Source: Candidatus Aphodosoma sp. (lineage in GTDB: Bacteria; Bacteroidota; Bacteroidia; Bacteroidales; Paludibacteraceae). From it: DNA of 64,000 nt. The notes beneath the pieces were generated by a model. That model saw only the letters and a program-made list of their open reading frames with translations, was not told the origin of the DNA and did no database searches. The stretch's first letter is position 1; each line of letters begins with the position of its first letter. Below, one piece after another: positions 48,680 through 57,624 of this stretch. The stretch is taken from NCBI GenBank assembly GCA_051870875.1, contig JBJECG010000029.1, forward strand, positions 5,525 through 69,524. Direction: 5' to 3'. The position numbers and the translations under genes were made by a program.

Positions 48680-49645
48680 ATGCGATACATTATACTGTTT
48701 GTCATCACATTGATATTATTTATTGCTGATATTGTTTACGGCAGTGTAAACATACCATTGGGAGATTTGTTTTCCGATAATACGTTGTATCATAATATCA
48801 TATTCAATTTCAGATTACCTAAAGCCATTACGGCTGTTGTAACTGGAGCATCTATTTCAGTAGCAGGACTGCTGATGCAGACCTTGTTTCACAATCCGTT
48901 GGCCGGACCATATGTGCTCGGTATCAGTTCTGGAGCGAGCTTGGGCGTAGCCGTATTTCTATTAGCCGGGACATTGCTGCCAACTGCATTTGTACAAAGT
49001 GGTTGGGGATTGGTGATTTCGGCTACCATCGGAGCCATCTTGGTATTGTTACTGGTTCTGTCTGTATCATTCAGGGTTAAACAAGCGGTATCGTTGTTGC
49101 TTGTAGGTATAATGTTCGGTCAAATAGCCGGGTCATTAGTTACTATTTTACAGAATATCAGCAATCCTGATTCGTTGAAACTTTTCATTGTATGGACTTT
49201 CGGGTCACTTTCATCCGTATCATGGAACTATATGTGGATAATGTTGCCGATAGTCGTCATCGGTTTGTTTCTCGTATATGTCATACAAAAGCCGTTAAAT
49301 GCATTGTTGTTAGGAGAAAATTATGCCCAAAGTCTTGGTATAAATATTTACAATATACGTCTCCTGATAATTACTGCTATTGCACTTCTGGCCGGAGCCA
49401 CAACAGCATTTACCGGGCCGATAGCTTTTATCGGCATGGCTGTACCCCACTTGGTTCGTGGTATTTTGCATACATCATGTCACGGAGCTGCCATCACAGG
49501 ATGTATTTTTGTCGGCGCATCAATGCTGCTGCTGTGCGATTTGGTCTGTCAATTGCCACCTGAGGGCTATTCGCTGCCGATCAACGCCATCAGTGCTTTG
49601 GTCGGTGCTCCTATAATCATCTGGATTATTATACGCAACAAGTAA
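48680..49645 (+). CDS. FecCD-family ABC transporter permease
   Basis: 321 aa polytopic protein: GASISVAGLLMQTLFHNPLAGPYVLGISSGASLG and the C-terminal INAISALVGAPIIIWIII are typical BtuC/FecCD segments. Confidence 0.85.
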   Translation: MRYIILFVITLILFIADIVYGSVNIPLGDLFSDNTLYHNIIFNFRLPKAITAVVTGASISVAGLLMQTLFHNPLAGPYVLGISSGASLGVAVFLLAGTLLPTAFVQSGWGLVISATIGAILVLLLVLSVSFRVKQAVSLLLVGIMFGQIAGSLVTILQNISNPDSLKLFIVWTFGSLSSVSWNYMWIMLPIVVIGLFLVYVIQKPLNALLLGENYAQSLGINIYNIRLLIITAIALLAGATTAFTGPIAFIGMAVPHLVRGILHTSCHGAAITGCIFVGASMLLLCDLVCQLPPEGYSLPINAISALVGAPIIIWIIIRNK

Positions 49646-49679
49646 CGTAACGGCACAAAAACACTGTCCAACAACCACA

Positions 49680-49747
49680 AAGACACTGTCCGGCATCATC
49701 TGAGATTTGAATGAGGATAAATTTCAGATGATGCCGGACAGTGTCTT
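49680..49747. terminator. 24-bp perfect inverted repeat (stem-loop) between convergent genes
   Basis: aagacactgtccggcatcatctga (49680-49703) and its exact reverse complement (49724-49747), with a 20-nt loop. There is no flanking T-run on either side. Confidence 0.45.
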
Positions 49748-49753
49748 CATCTT

Positions 49754-49776
49754 CCCAATGACAACATGTCATTGGG
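49754..49776. terminator. second stem-loop in the same intergenic region
   Basis: cccaatgac / aacat / gtcattggg (9-bp perfect stem), 28 nt downstream of the alaS stop on the reverse strand. Confidence 0.35.
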
Positions 49777-49804
49777 AAAAACACGTATGTAAATCATTGG
49801 AAGT

Positions 49805-52426
49805 TCATTTGACCATCGAAACGATACAGTCAATAGCTTCATCCAGACCTTCGGGATATTTGCCTCCGGCCGTTGCCATAAATGCCTGGCCACCGCCACC
49901 ACCTTGAATATATTTGGCAGCCTCACGTATCATCTTGCCAGCATTGTAACCTTCGTCTATCATTTTCTGGCTGATGAAAAGTGTAATGGATGGCTTGCCA
50001 TCGAAAACTGTACCTGCCACATATACAAACTTGACATCTGCAAAACGTCCACGAAAAAACGGTACGATAATCTTGTTTATTTCTGGAGAATCTTCCCCTA
50101 CATAGCTGATAACTTTCACACCGTTGATGTCGGCGGCACGTTGAAGAAGAGTATCACGCAAACGTTCAGCACGTTCAAACATAAACTTTTCGACATGTTT
50201 GCGGAGATTGACACTATCCTCGATATATTTCTTAATGGCGGACACGATATCTGGGGTATTGTGGAACAATTCTCTTACAGCCTGAATGCTATCCTGCATA
50301 TTGTCTGTATAATGTTCAGCAAACTCGGCAGTAACAGCTTCAATACGACGTATGCCGGCTGCTATTGAACTTTCGGAAACTATACGGAACATACCTATGT
50401 TTCCTGTGGCATGAGCATGTGTACCACCGCAAAGTTCAATGCTGTCACCAAAACGTACGACACGTACAGAATCGCCGTATTTCTCGCCAAATAGAGCCAT
50501 AGCACCCATAGACTTCGCTTCTGATATAGGTACATTACGGTGTTCGTCAAGCACATAATTTTCACGCACCATATGATTGACCTTGTGCTCTACGGCCCTA
50601 ATCTCTTCAGGTGTCAATTTCTGGAAATGCGAGAAGTCAAAACGCAGCACCTCTGGACTTACAAAAGAACCTTTCTGCTCGACATGCACGCCAAGCAATT
50701 CGCGTAAAGCTCTGTGCAACAGATGCGTGGCTGTATGATTTGATTCTGTTGCATGACGTTTCCCGACATTGATTTTAGCAAGGAAAGAAGCGTCAGCTTC
50801 AACTGGCATTTGATGTAGTATATGTACAGGCAAATTGTTTTCCCGTTTGGTATCGAAAACCGCTAAATTCTCGCCAGTGTCAGATATAAGCCAACCCGTA
50901 TCTCCAACCTGTCCTCCCATTTCGGCATAAAACGGAGTACGCGAAAGCACCACCTGGTAATATTCTTTCTGTTTCTGAACCAGCTTGCGATACCGTAATA
51001 TATGAGTTTCACACTGAGTCTGGTCATAACCCACAAATTCTGTTTCTCCTTCCCTCACTACAACCCAGTCTCCTGTCTCGACAGAAGCGGCATGGCGGGC
51101 ACGCTCTTTCTGTTTTTTCATTTCGGTATTGAAGTCATCGATATTAACTGACAGTCCATTTTCCCTGAGTATTAGTTCGGTAAGGTCGAGCGGGAAACCG
51201 TATGTATCGTAAAGCGTAAATGCGTCCACTCCATTTATCTCACGTGCCCCAACAGCTTTGGCATCGGCAATCACCTTATCGAGCAGACGAATACCCATGT
51301 CGAGAGTGCGGAGGAAAGACTCCTCTTCTTCCTTTATCACACGTTCTATAAGATTTTGCTGACTGGCAAGTTCAGGATAAGCCTCTCCCATATTGTCAAT
51401 CAAAGCAGGTATCAGACGATGGATAAATGCCTGTTTGCAGTTGAGGAACGTATAACCATAACGGACTGCGCGTCGCAAAATACGACGTATGACATAACCG
51501 GCTTTGGCGTTTGACGGCAACTGTCCATCGGTAATTGCAAATGCAATGGTACGCATATGGTCGGCTATCACACGCATTGCCACATCAGTTTTCTCGTCTT
51601 TGCCATACTGACAATTGCAAATTTCACCGACAGCACGGAGCAAAGGTTGGAAGACATCTGTGTCGTAGTTGGATTTCTTACCTTGTACAGCCACACAAAG
51701 CCGTTCAAACCCCATACCTGTATCTATGACTCGATTGGGCAGCGGTTCGAGCGAACCATCGGCTTTACGGTTGTACTGCATGAACACATTGTTCCAAATT
51801 TCAATCACTTGTGGATTGTCCTTGTTAACAAGCGACGCTCCGCATATCCTGGCACGTTCATCATCGCTTCGCAAGTCGATATGTATTTCTGAACAAGGAC
51901 CGCAAGGGCCAGTATCGCCCATTTCCCAGAAGTTGTCGTGCTTGTTGCCATCAATGATGCGGTCGGCAGCGATGTATTTTTTCCAAATATCGGCAGCTTC
52001 GTTGTCACGCTCCAACCCTTCGTCTGGTACGCCTTCGAATACAGTAACGTAAAGGCGGTCTTTGTCGAGCTTAACAACTTCGGTAAGATATTCCCATGCC
52101 CAAGCGATAGCTTCGGCCTTGAAATAGTCGCCAAAACTCCAGTTACCAAGCATCTCGAACATGGTATGGTGGTAAGTGTCGTGACCTACCTCCTCCAAAT
52201 CATTATGTTTTCCGCTCACACGCAAACATTTCTGGGAATCAGCCACACGCGGATATTTTATCGGGTCATTGCCCAAAATAATGTTCTTGAACTGGTTCAT
52301 ACCGGCGTTGGTAAACATCAGTGTCGGATCATCTTTTATCACCATAGGGGCAGATGGCACGATTTTGTGACCTTTGCTCTCAAAAAAGTCAAGGAACGAC
52401 TTACGAATTTCCTTAGAAGTCATCAT
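49805..52426 (-). CDS. alaS: alanine--tRNA ligase
   Basis: 873 aa: [27 protein letters not shown], editing-domain HTATHLL and CGGTH motifs, and a DHHA1-like C-terminus. Confidence 0.95.
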   Translation of the reverse strand: MMTSKEIRKSFLDFFESKGHKIVPSAPMVIKDDPTLMFTNAGMNQFKNIILGNDPIKYPRVADSQKCLRVSGKHNDLEEVGHDTYHHTMFEMLGNWSFGDYFKAEAIAWAWEYLTEVVKLDKDRLYVTVFEGVPDEGLERDNEAADIWKKYIAADRIIDGNKHDNFWEMGDTGPCGPCSEIHIDLRSDDERARICGASLVNKDNPQVIEIWNNVFMQYNRKADGSLEPLPNRVIDTGMGFERLCVAVQGKKSNYDTDVFQPLLRAVGEICNCQYGKDEKTDVAMRVIADHMRTIAFAITDGQLPSNAKAGYVIRRILRRAVRYGYTFLNCKQAFIHRLIPALIDNMGEAYPELASQQNLIERVIKEEEESFLRTLDMGIRLLDKVIADAKAVGAREINGVDAFTLYDTYGFPLDLTELILRENGLSVNIDDFNTEMKKQKERARHAASVETGDWVVVREGETEFVGYDQTQCETHILRYRKLVQKQKEYYQVVLSRTPFYAEMGGQVGDTGWLISDTGENLAVFDTKRENNLPVHILHQMPVEADASFLAKINVGKRHATESNHTATHLLHRALRELLGVHVEQKGSFVSPEVLRFDFSHFQKLTPEEIRAVEHKVNHMVRENYVLDEHRNVPISEAKSMGAMALFGEKYGDSVRVVRFGDSIELCGGTHAHATGNIGMFRIVSESSIAAGIRRIEAVTAEFAEHYTDNMQDSIQAVRELFHNTPDIVSAIKKYIEDSVNLRKHVEKFMFERAERLRDTLLQRAADINGVKVISYVGEDSPEINKIIVPFFRGRFADVKFVYVAGTVFDGKPSITLFISQKMIDEGYNAGKMIREAAKYIQGGGGGQAFMATAGGKYPEGLDEAIDCIVSMVK

Positions 52427-52468
52427 ATCATCAAATTTTATCGCTTTAAGTTAAGAATTTTCAAATTG

Positions 52469-52476
52469 CAAAGATA
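52469..52476 (-). promoter_or_regulatory. candidate -7 promoter box for alaS
   Basis: Plus-strand CAAAGATA, 43 nt upstream of the ATG at 52426. Confidence 0.45.
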
Positions 52477-52622
52477 CTAAAATAATATAAGTTGTGCAAC
52501 TGGCGGCGAACCGTTACACTCAACAAGCAAGTGCAAAATTGCAACAAAATTTGTAACTTGCCTGTTGACTGTAACAGGATGTGTGACAAACGGGAGCAGT
52601 TGCGGGATGTGAATAATTTTAG

Positions 52623-52630
52623 TAACTTTG
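52623..52630 (+). promoter_or_regulatory. candidate -7 promoter box TAACTTTG for the membrane protein-fetAB unit
   Basis: Exact TAnnTTTG ending 1 nt before the ORF-track ATG (52632). This argues that the next ATG at 52668 is the real start. Confidence 0.4.
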
Positions 52631-52667
52631 CATGTTTTTCAAAATACCAACTTTTATACCATCCGAC

Positions 52668-53378
52668 ATGAAACGTTCTGACATCATTTTCTTCATCTGT
52701 ACAATATTGTTTTTTGCCCCGTTTTTTGTTTTCGACTCTGTATATGACAGCTTCTTATGGGCAACGCGAAATCACCCGTTTTTAATGAGTTTCATCAAAT
52801 TCGGCATCCTTTCCACTGCAGGCGAGTGCATCGGTATGCGAATCCGCACAGGCAGCTATGCCCCCAAGGGGTTCGGCATCGTGCCACGCGGCATAACATG
52901 GGGATTGTTGGGCATTCTCATCTCAGCAGCAATGACCATCTTCTCAAGCGGTGTCCCCACTCTCCTCTCCCAAATCGGCATCACCCCCGGTACAACCACC
53001 TATCCGGAACTTATCAACCAAAGCATAGTTGCAACAAAAAGCTGGTATCACGCAGGTGCTGCGTTTGCCATCTCAGTATTCATGAACTGCCTGTTCGCAC
53101 CAGTATTCATGGTACTGCACAAAGTGAGCGATACACACATAATGAATAACGGAGGTACGCTGGGCGGTTATTTCAGCCGTATACATTTCAAGGAAATATT
53201 CATAAATCTTGATTGGGCAACGATATGGAGTTTTCTTTTCAAAAAAACAATTCCTCTTTTCTGGATACCGGCTCACACAATCACGTTTATGTTGGCTCCC
53301 GAGTACCGTGTTCTCTTTGCTGCCCTGCTCGGTGTGATGCTTGGTGTATTCATGTCGTTGGCCTCACGCAAGAAATGA
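52668..53378 (+). CDS. polytopic membrane protein, possibly Mpv17/PMP22-like
   Basis: About 236 aa from MKRSDIIFF with several TM helices. The C-terminal WIPAHTITFMLAPEYRVLFAALLGVMLGVFMS resembles the Mpv17/PMP22 signature, but this is a weak call from memory. Its stop overlaps the fetA start (ATGA). Confidence 0.5.
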   Translation: MKRSDIIFFICTILFFAPFFVFDSVYDSFLWATRNHPFLMSFIKFGILSTAGECIGMRIRTGSYAPKGFGIVPRGITWGLLGILISAAMTIFSSGVPTLLSQIGITPGTTTYPELINQSIVATKSWYHAGAAFAISVFMNCLFAPVFMVLHKVSDTHIMNNGGTLGGYFSRIHFKEIFINLDWATIWSFLFKKTIPLFWIPAHTITFMLAPEYRVLFAALLGVMLGVFMSLASRKK

Positions 53379-53995
53379 TAATATTCGACAATACATATTT
53401 CACTTACAACGAGAAACCACTGGTCAGTGGTTTTTCGCTTCATATCAAACCGGGAGAGAAAGTGGTATTCTATGGACCGTCGGGTTCAGGCAAGTCGACC
53501 CTTGTACATTCACTGCTCGGTTTTGTAACGTGCGAACGGGGAATGATATCCGTGAACGGACTAAAAGTGTCACCTACGGCCATTTCCCAAATCCGTTCAC
53601 TGACGGCGTGGCTTCCGCAAGACCTATCGCTACCTGCTGAAACTGTACGACAACTGGTTTATGCTCCGTTTGAGTTCAAATCCAACCAATCGGTACGTCC
53701 GACCGACAATACAATACTCGATGTGTTTGAACAATTGGGCTTGGATTCCTCACTGTTGGAAAAACGCGCTGACGAAATTTCCGGAGGACAGCGCCAACGC
53801 ATACTCCTTGCCACAACGACACTGCTTCACCGCCCGATACTGCTGTTGGACGAACCTACCGCAGCACTGGATCACATGTCAGTACAACTGACAATTGATT
53901 ATCTGCGTTCGCTTACAGGAACCACAATGATATCAATATCTCACGATGCGGCCTTTATCTCGGCATTTGACAGAAAAGTCCTTATAGACGGATAA
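53375..53995 (+). CDS. fetA: ABC transporter ATP-binding protein (FetA/YbbL-like)
   Basis: 206 aa from the internal ATG: Walker A GPSGSGKST, signature ISGGQRQR, Walker B LLLDEPTAALD. It is paired with a FetB-type permease. Confidence 0.75.
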   Translation: MIIFDNTYFTYNEKPLVSGFSLHIKPGEKVVFYGPSGSGKSTLVHSLLGFVTCERGMISVNGLKVSPTAISQIRSLTAWLPQDLSLPAETVRQLVYAPFEFKSNQSVRPTDNTILDVFEQLGLDSSLLEKRADEISGGQRQRILLATTTLLHRPILLLDEPTAALDHMSVQLTIDYLRSLTGTTMISISHDAAFISAFDRKVLIDG

Positions 53996-54034
53996 AAAGA
54001 GACGTTACTGAACAGTATTGCAACAAAAATCATT

Positions 54035-54805
54035 ATGGACATATCATTTACTTCATTACTTTGGGGATTTCTGCTCATACTCATACCAGCCTGTTTTCTG
54101 TACCACTACAAAACCGGACTCGTACGTGATACAATAGTAGCTGCCATACGCATGACAGTACAACTCTTTCTCATCGGATTTTATCTGAAGTACATGTTCA
54201 ACGTCAATCTGTGGTGGCTCAATCTGCTATGGGTAATAATCATGGCAGGTGTAGCGTCACATACCGTCATACACCGTACCAGACTGCCGTTGCGCCGCAT
54301 GTTCATACCTGTAACCGCAGCCCTGGTATGTTCCATAGCTCTGATAGACTTCTATTTTATGGGATTGATAGTCAGGCAGGAAAACTTGTTTGACGCCAGA
54401 TATTTCATACCTGTCAGCGGTATGATACTTGGCAATATGCTATCAGCCAACGTCATAGCATTGAACACATATTACGGATCATTGAAACGTGAACACACAT
54501 TGTATCTCTACAGGTTGGCAAACGGAGCTACAGCAGCCGAAGCCCGAGCACCATTCATGCGCGATGCACTTGTCAAGAGCTTCAATCCGACAATAGCATC
54601 GATGGCTGTAATGGGTCTGATAGCGTTACCGGGTACCATGACAGGACAGATACTTGGCGGGGCAGATCCTGATGTGGCCATCAAATATCAGACAATGCTC
54701 ATGATCTGTATTTTTGCATCATCGTTGATATCGGTACTGCTTACCCTGTTTTTTACCCGTCGCCATACATTCGACCATTACGATATACCTTTCAACGACA
54801 AATAA
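54035..54805 (+). CDS. fetB: FetB/YbbM (UPF0014) family ABC exporter permease
   Basis: 256 aa: IPVSGMILGNMLSA, MGLIALPGTMTGQILGGADPDVAIKYQTMLM. This matches my memory of the E. coli FetB conserved segments. Confidence 0.8.
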   Translation: MDISFTSLLWGFLLILIPACFLYHYKTGLVRDTIVAAIRMTVQLFLIGFYLKYMFNVNLWWLNLLWVIIMAGVASHTVIHRTRLPLRRMFIPVTAALVCSIALIDFYFMGLIVRQENLFDARYFIPVSGMILGNMLSANVIALNTYYGSLKREHTLYLYRLANGATAAEARAPFMRDALVKSFNPTIASMAVMGLIALPGTMTGQILGGADPDVAIKYQTMLMICIFASSLISVLLTLFFTRRHTFDHYDIPFNDK

Positions 54806-54818
54806 CAAGACGTGAAAA

Positions 54819-55007
54819 ATGAAAAACAAAACGTGCCCGCGTTGCGGCAAAGAATTTGTATGCAACCACAATGACATCGCCAACTGCCAATGCGCTTCAG
54901 TGCATTTGTCAGCAGAAGCACATAAATATATAGCGACTCACTATACAGACTGCCTATGTGCCGATTGTCTGGATGAAATAAACAGGCAACACCACTCCAT
55001 CTGTTAA
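54819..55007 (+). CDS. cysteine-rich small protein (CWC-family-like)
   Basis: 62 aa with 9 Cys (CPRC, C15, CQC, CLCADC, terminal C). It starts 13 nt after the fetB stop on the same strand. Confidence 0.55.
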   Translation: MKNKTCPRCGKEFVCNHNDIANCQCASVHLSAEAHKYIATHYTDCLCADCLDEINRQHHSIC

Positions 55008-55363
55008 AGTACATTACGTAATATCCGGAATAGGATAACGCAACTACAACCGGCATGATACATCTTACTGCCACAAATCCATTTTTACGCAATAAACCCG
55101 TCACGGGAACACGTTCTGCCAATGTAATGTAAACTCTGCCCAATATATACGGCACTGACAAACTGACAATGGCATTTTATCTATACCGCAAAGCGATTAT
55201 AAGATTACCAGACAAAGGTTGATGAACAGCATGCCGGTTTCCATAACCTGTACATTGCAAGCCTGTAATTCAAAATTCAAACACTTGACAGTCAAAAAAA
55301 TCCGAAACGAATAAATATCCAGTATTTAGGTTTGTCCGGTGTACGGATATAAAATAAATTGAT

Positions 55364-55371
55364 TAACTTTG
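55364..55371 (+). promoter_or_regulatory. candidate -7 promoter box TAACTTTG for the glucosaminidase-to-addB gene string
   Basis: Exact TAnnTTTG, 31 nt upstream of ATG 55402. Confidence 0.45.
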
Positions 55372-55401
55372 CTAAGGAAAACCGCATATATCGTACCAAC
55401 C

Positions 55402-56331
55402 ATGAAAAAATCAACGTTACTCGTTTCATTGCTGTTATTTACCAGCATTTTACAAGCACAGAACAAAAATCCGAAATATGAAGCGTACATAGAAAAATAT
55501 GCCGATCTTGCAGTAGCTTCGCAAAAAGAATACCACATACCGGCAAGTATCACATTGGCACAAGGACTTCTGGAAAGCGCAGCAGGAGAGAGTCGGTTGG
55601 CTCAAAAATGCAATAACCATTTCGGTATAAAATGCGGAGATTCGTGGTATGGCAAAACAATGCACCAAGACGATGACGCGCGTGGGGAATGCTTCCGTTG
55701 CTACAACAACGTGAAATCATCGTTTGATGACCACGCAAAATTTCTGCAACGCCAACGCTATTCATTTCTGTTTGACTATGCAATCACAGACTACAAATCG
55801 TGGGCCCAAGGACTTAGACAAGCAGGATATGCTACGGATCCGAAATACCCGGACAAACTTATAAAGATAATCGAAGACTATGAATTGTACCGGTTCGATG
55901 ACGGCAAACAGACAGTCTCATCGGCTAAAAATCAGAATCCGGATATAGAACATCTTGCCGATATTGCCAGTGACGGCGACCAACTGTTCGGTTATACAGA
56001 AATAAAAAACAATGGTGTACGCTGTTACCAATTGGCAACCGACGATACATTCAAAAACATATCAAAACACACTGGAATACCCGTAGTCGAACTTCTGTAT
56101 TTCAATGATCTGCCCCATAAGACAGACTTGTACAGAGGGGATATGGTATACCTCCAGCCCAAAAAGAACAAGGTAAACAACAAACTGCCAAAAACATACA
56201 TAGTAAAAGCAGGTGACAGCATGCATTCAATATCGCAGGAATTCGGTATAAAACTGAAAGCACTGTATAAACTCAACAAAATCAAATACGGAACTCCTGC
56301 AGAAGCAGGTCAACAACTAAAACTCCGCTGA
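55402..56331 (+). CDS. glucosaminidase (GH73-like) domain protein with C-terminal LysM
   Basis: Signal peptide MKKSTLLVSLLLFTSILQAQ. Also ITLAQGLLESAAGESRLA...NNHFGIKC (mannosyl-glycoprotein endo-beta-N-acetylglucosaminidase motif) and a C-terminal LysM, YIVKAGDSMHSISQEFGIKLKALYKLN. Confidence 0.8.
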   Translation: MKKSTLLVSLLLFTSILQAQNKNPKYEAYIEKYADLAVASQKEYHIPASITLAQGLLESAAGESRLAQKCNNHFGIKCGDSWYGKTMHQDDDARGECFRCYNNVKSSFDDHAKFLQRQRYSFLFDYAITDYKSWAQGLRQAGYATDPKYPDKLIKIIEDYELYRFDDGKQTVSSAKNQNPDIEHLADIASDGDQLFGYTEIKNNGVRCYQLATDDTFKNISKHTGIPVVELLYFNDLPHKTDLYRGDMVYLQPKKNKVNNKLPKTYIVKAGDSMHSISQEFGIKLKALYKLNKIKYGTPAEAGQQLKLR

Positions 56332-56366
56332 GACTCCATTAACGAGCCAACAAAACGGCACGGATA

Positions 56367-57578
56367 TTGAACATGATACGCAAAATCTATGTTATATTGA
56401 TATTATTGGTATTGTCAACCGGCAGCCATGCCTTGATGCCAATGGCATTGACGGACAGTGCGCGTGTAAGTATCATGACCTGTGGACCTGGCAAAGAAAT
56501 ATTTACCAAATTCGGACACTCGGGTATCCGTATCTATGATCCGCAAAATGGCATTGACGTTGTATTCCATTGGGGAGTATTTATGTTTGACTCTCCAGAC
56601 TTTATACTACGCTTTGTACTTGGTGACACCGAATATCAGATGGGACTGATCCCCAGCGACATATTTCTTGATGAATACAGATTCCGAGGTTCATCTGTAG
56701 TGGAACAAAATCTAAATCTCACCACGGCGCAGACAAACAGGCTGTGGTACAAATTATGTTCAGATTTCGATTCTGAACGGCGTTACTATCTATATAACTT
56801 CATAGAAAACAATTGCTCAACAAAAGCATATGATGAAATAATGGAATTGTACGGTGGCAAAGCCGGATTTCGTTCCGACACGCTGCAGGCGACATCATAT
56901 CGCAGCTTAATAAACGAACATGTAAACAAAAACAGTTGGTACAATTTGGGTATCAATATCATAATAGGCAGTGATGCCGATACCGCAATTACCGCCAAAT
57001 CTACCGTCACTTTTCCAAATTACACACAAGCAGCACTTAACCTATGCCATTTCACAGACCATGACGGTCAGAGACAGAAAGTCGTCACTGGCGAATACAC
57101 TTTATCGGAACAAACCAAACCATACCGCATACCAGCTATATGGTATTGGCTGCAAATAATGGTTCCTATACTTCTTACAGCCGTTCAGCTGACCTTCTAT
57201 GGAAGACACCACAAGTTCATACCGGTACTTACACAGTTGATATGCATGGCGTATGGCGTGTTGGGGATGCTCATACTGTTTCTATGGTTTGTATCATTAC
57301 ACCCTCTGGTGGCAGACAACTACAATATACTCTGGTTTAATCCGCTGTTGGCAGTACTTGGGGTAACGGTATGTCTTAAAGGATGTAAAACGGTGAATGC
57401 CGTCATTTCATTGCTGACGATGATTTCCATACTATTATACCCTTTGGCTGTCATATTTGGCATGCAGTACACCAATTTACCGCTGATGATGTGGTGGTTG
57501 CAGATATTAAGCACAGTATCCGTTATAATTGCAACATACAGAACGGATATCAAACATTTATTTTCAAAACAACGATAA
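56367..57578 (+). CDS. DUF4105 (Lnb N-terminal periplasmic domain) membrane protein
   Basis: 403 aa. The N-terminal periplasmic part has GHSGIRIYDP...VFHWGVF, typical of DUF4105. The C-terminal part has several TM helices. Confidence 0.7.
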   Translation: MNMIRKIYVILILLVLSTGSHALMPMALTDSARVSIMTCGPGKEIFTKFGHSGIRIYDPQNGIDVVFHWGVFMFDSPDFILRFVLGDTEYQMGLIPSDIFLDEYRFRGSSVVEQNLNLTTAQTNRLWYKLCSDFDSERRYYLYNFIENNCSTKAYDEIMELYGGKAGFRSDTLQATSYRSLINEHVNKNSWYNLGINIIIGSDADTAITAKSTVTFPNYTQAALNLCHFTDHDGQRQKVVTGEYTLSEQTKPYRIPAIWYWLQIMVPILLTAVQLTFYGRHHKFIPVLTQLICMAYGVLGMLILFLWFVSLHPLVADNYNILWFNPLLAVLGVTVCLKGCKTVNAVISLLTMISILLYPLAVIFGMQYTNLPLMMWWLQILSTVSVIIATYRTDIKHLFSKQR

Positions 57579-57624
57579 ACCGGAATCCCAACCGTCACGA
57601 ACCTCACCCGACACATAAAAAATC

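Noticed and set aside
54778-55161. 127-aa minus-strand ORF spanning the Cys-rich gene and the following spacer
   Set aside because: It overlaps the fetB 3' end and the Cys-rich ORF on the opposite strand. It has no promoter box and no recognisable motif.
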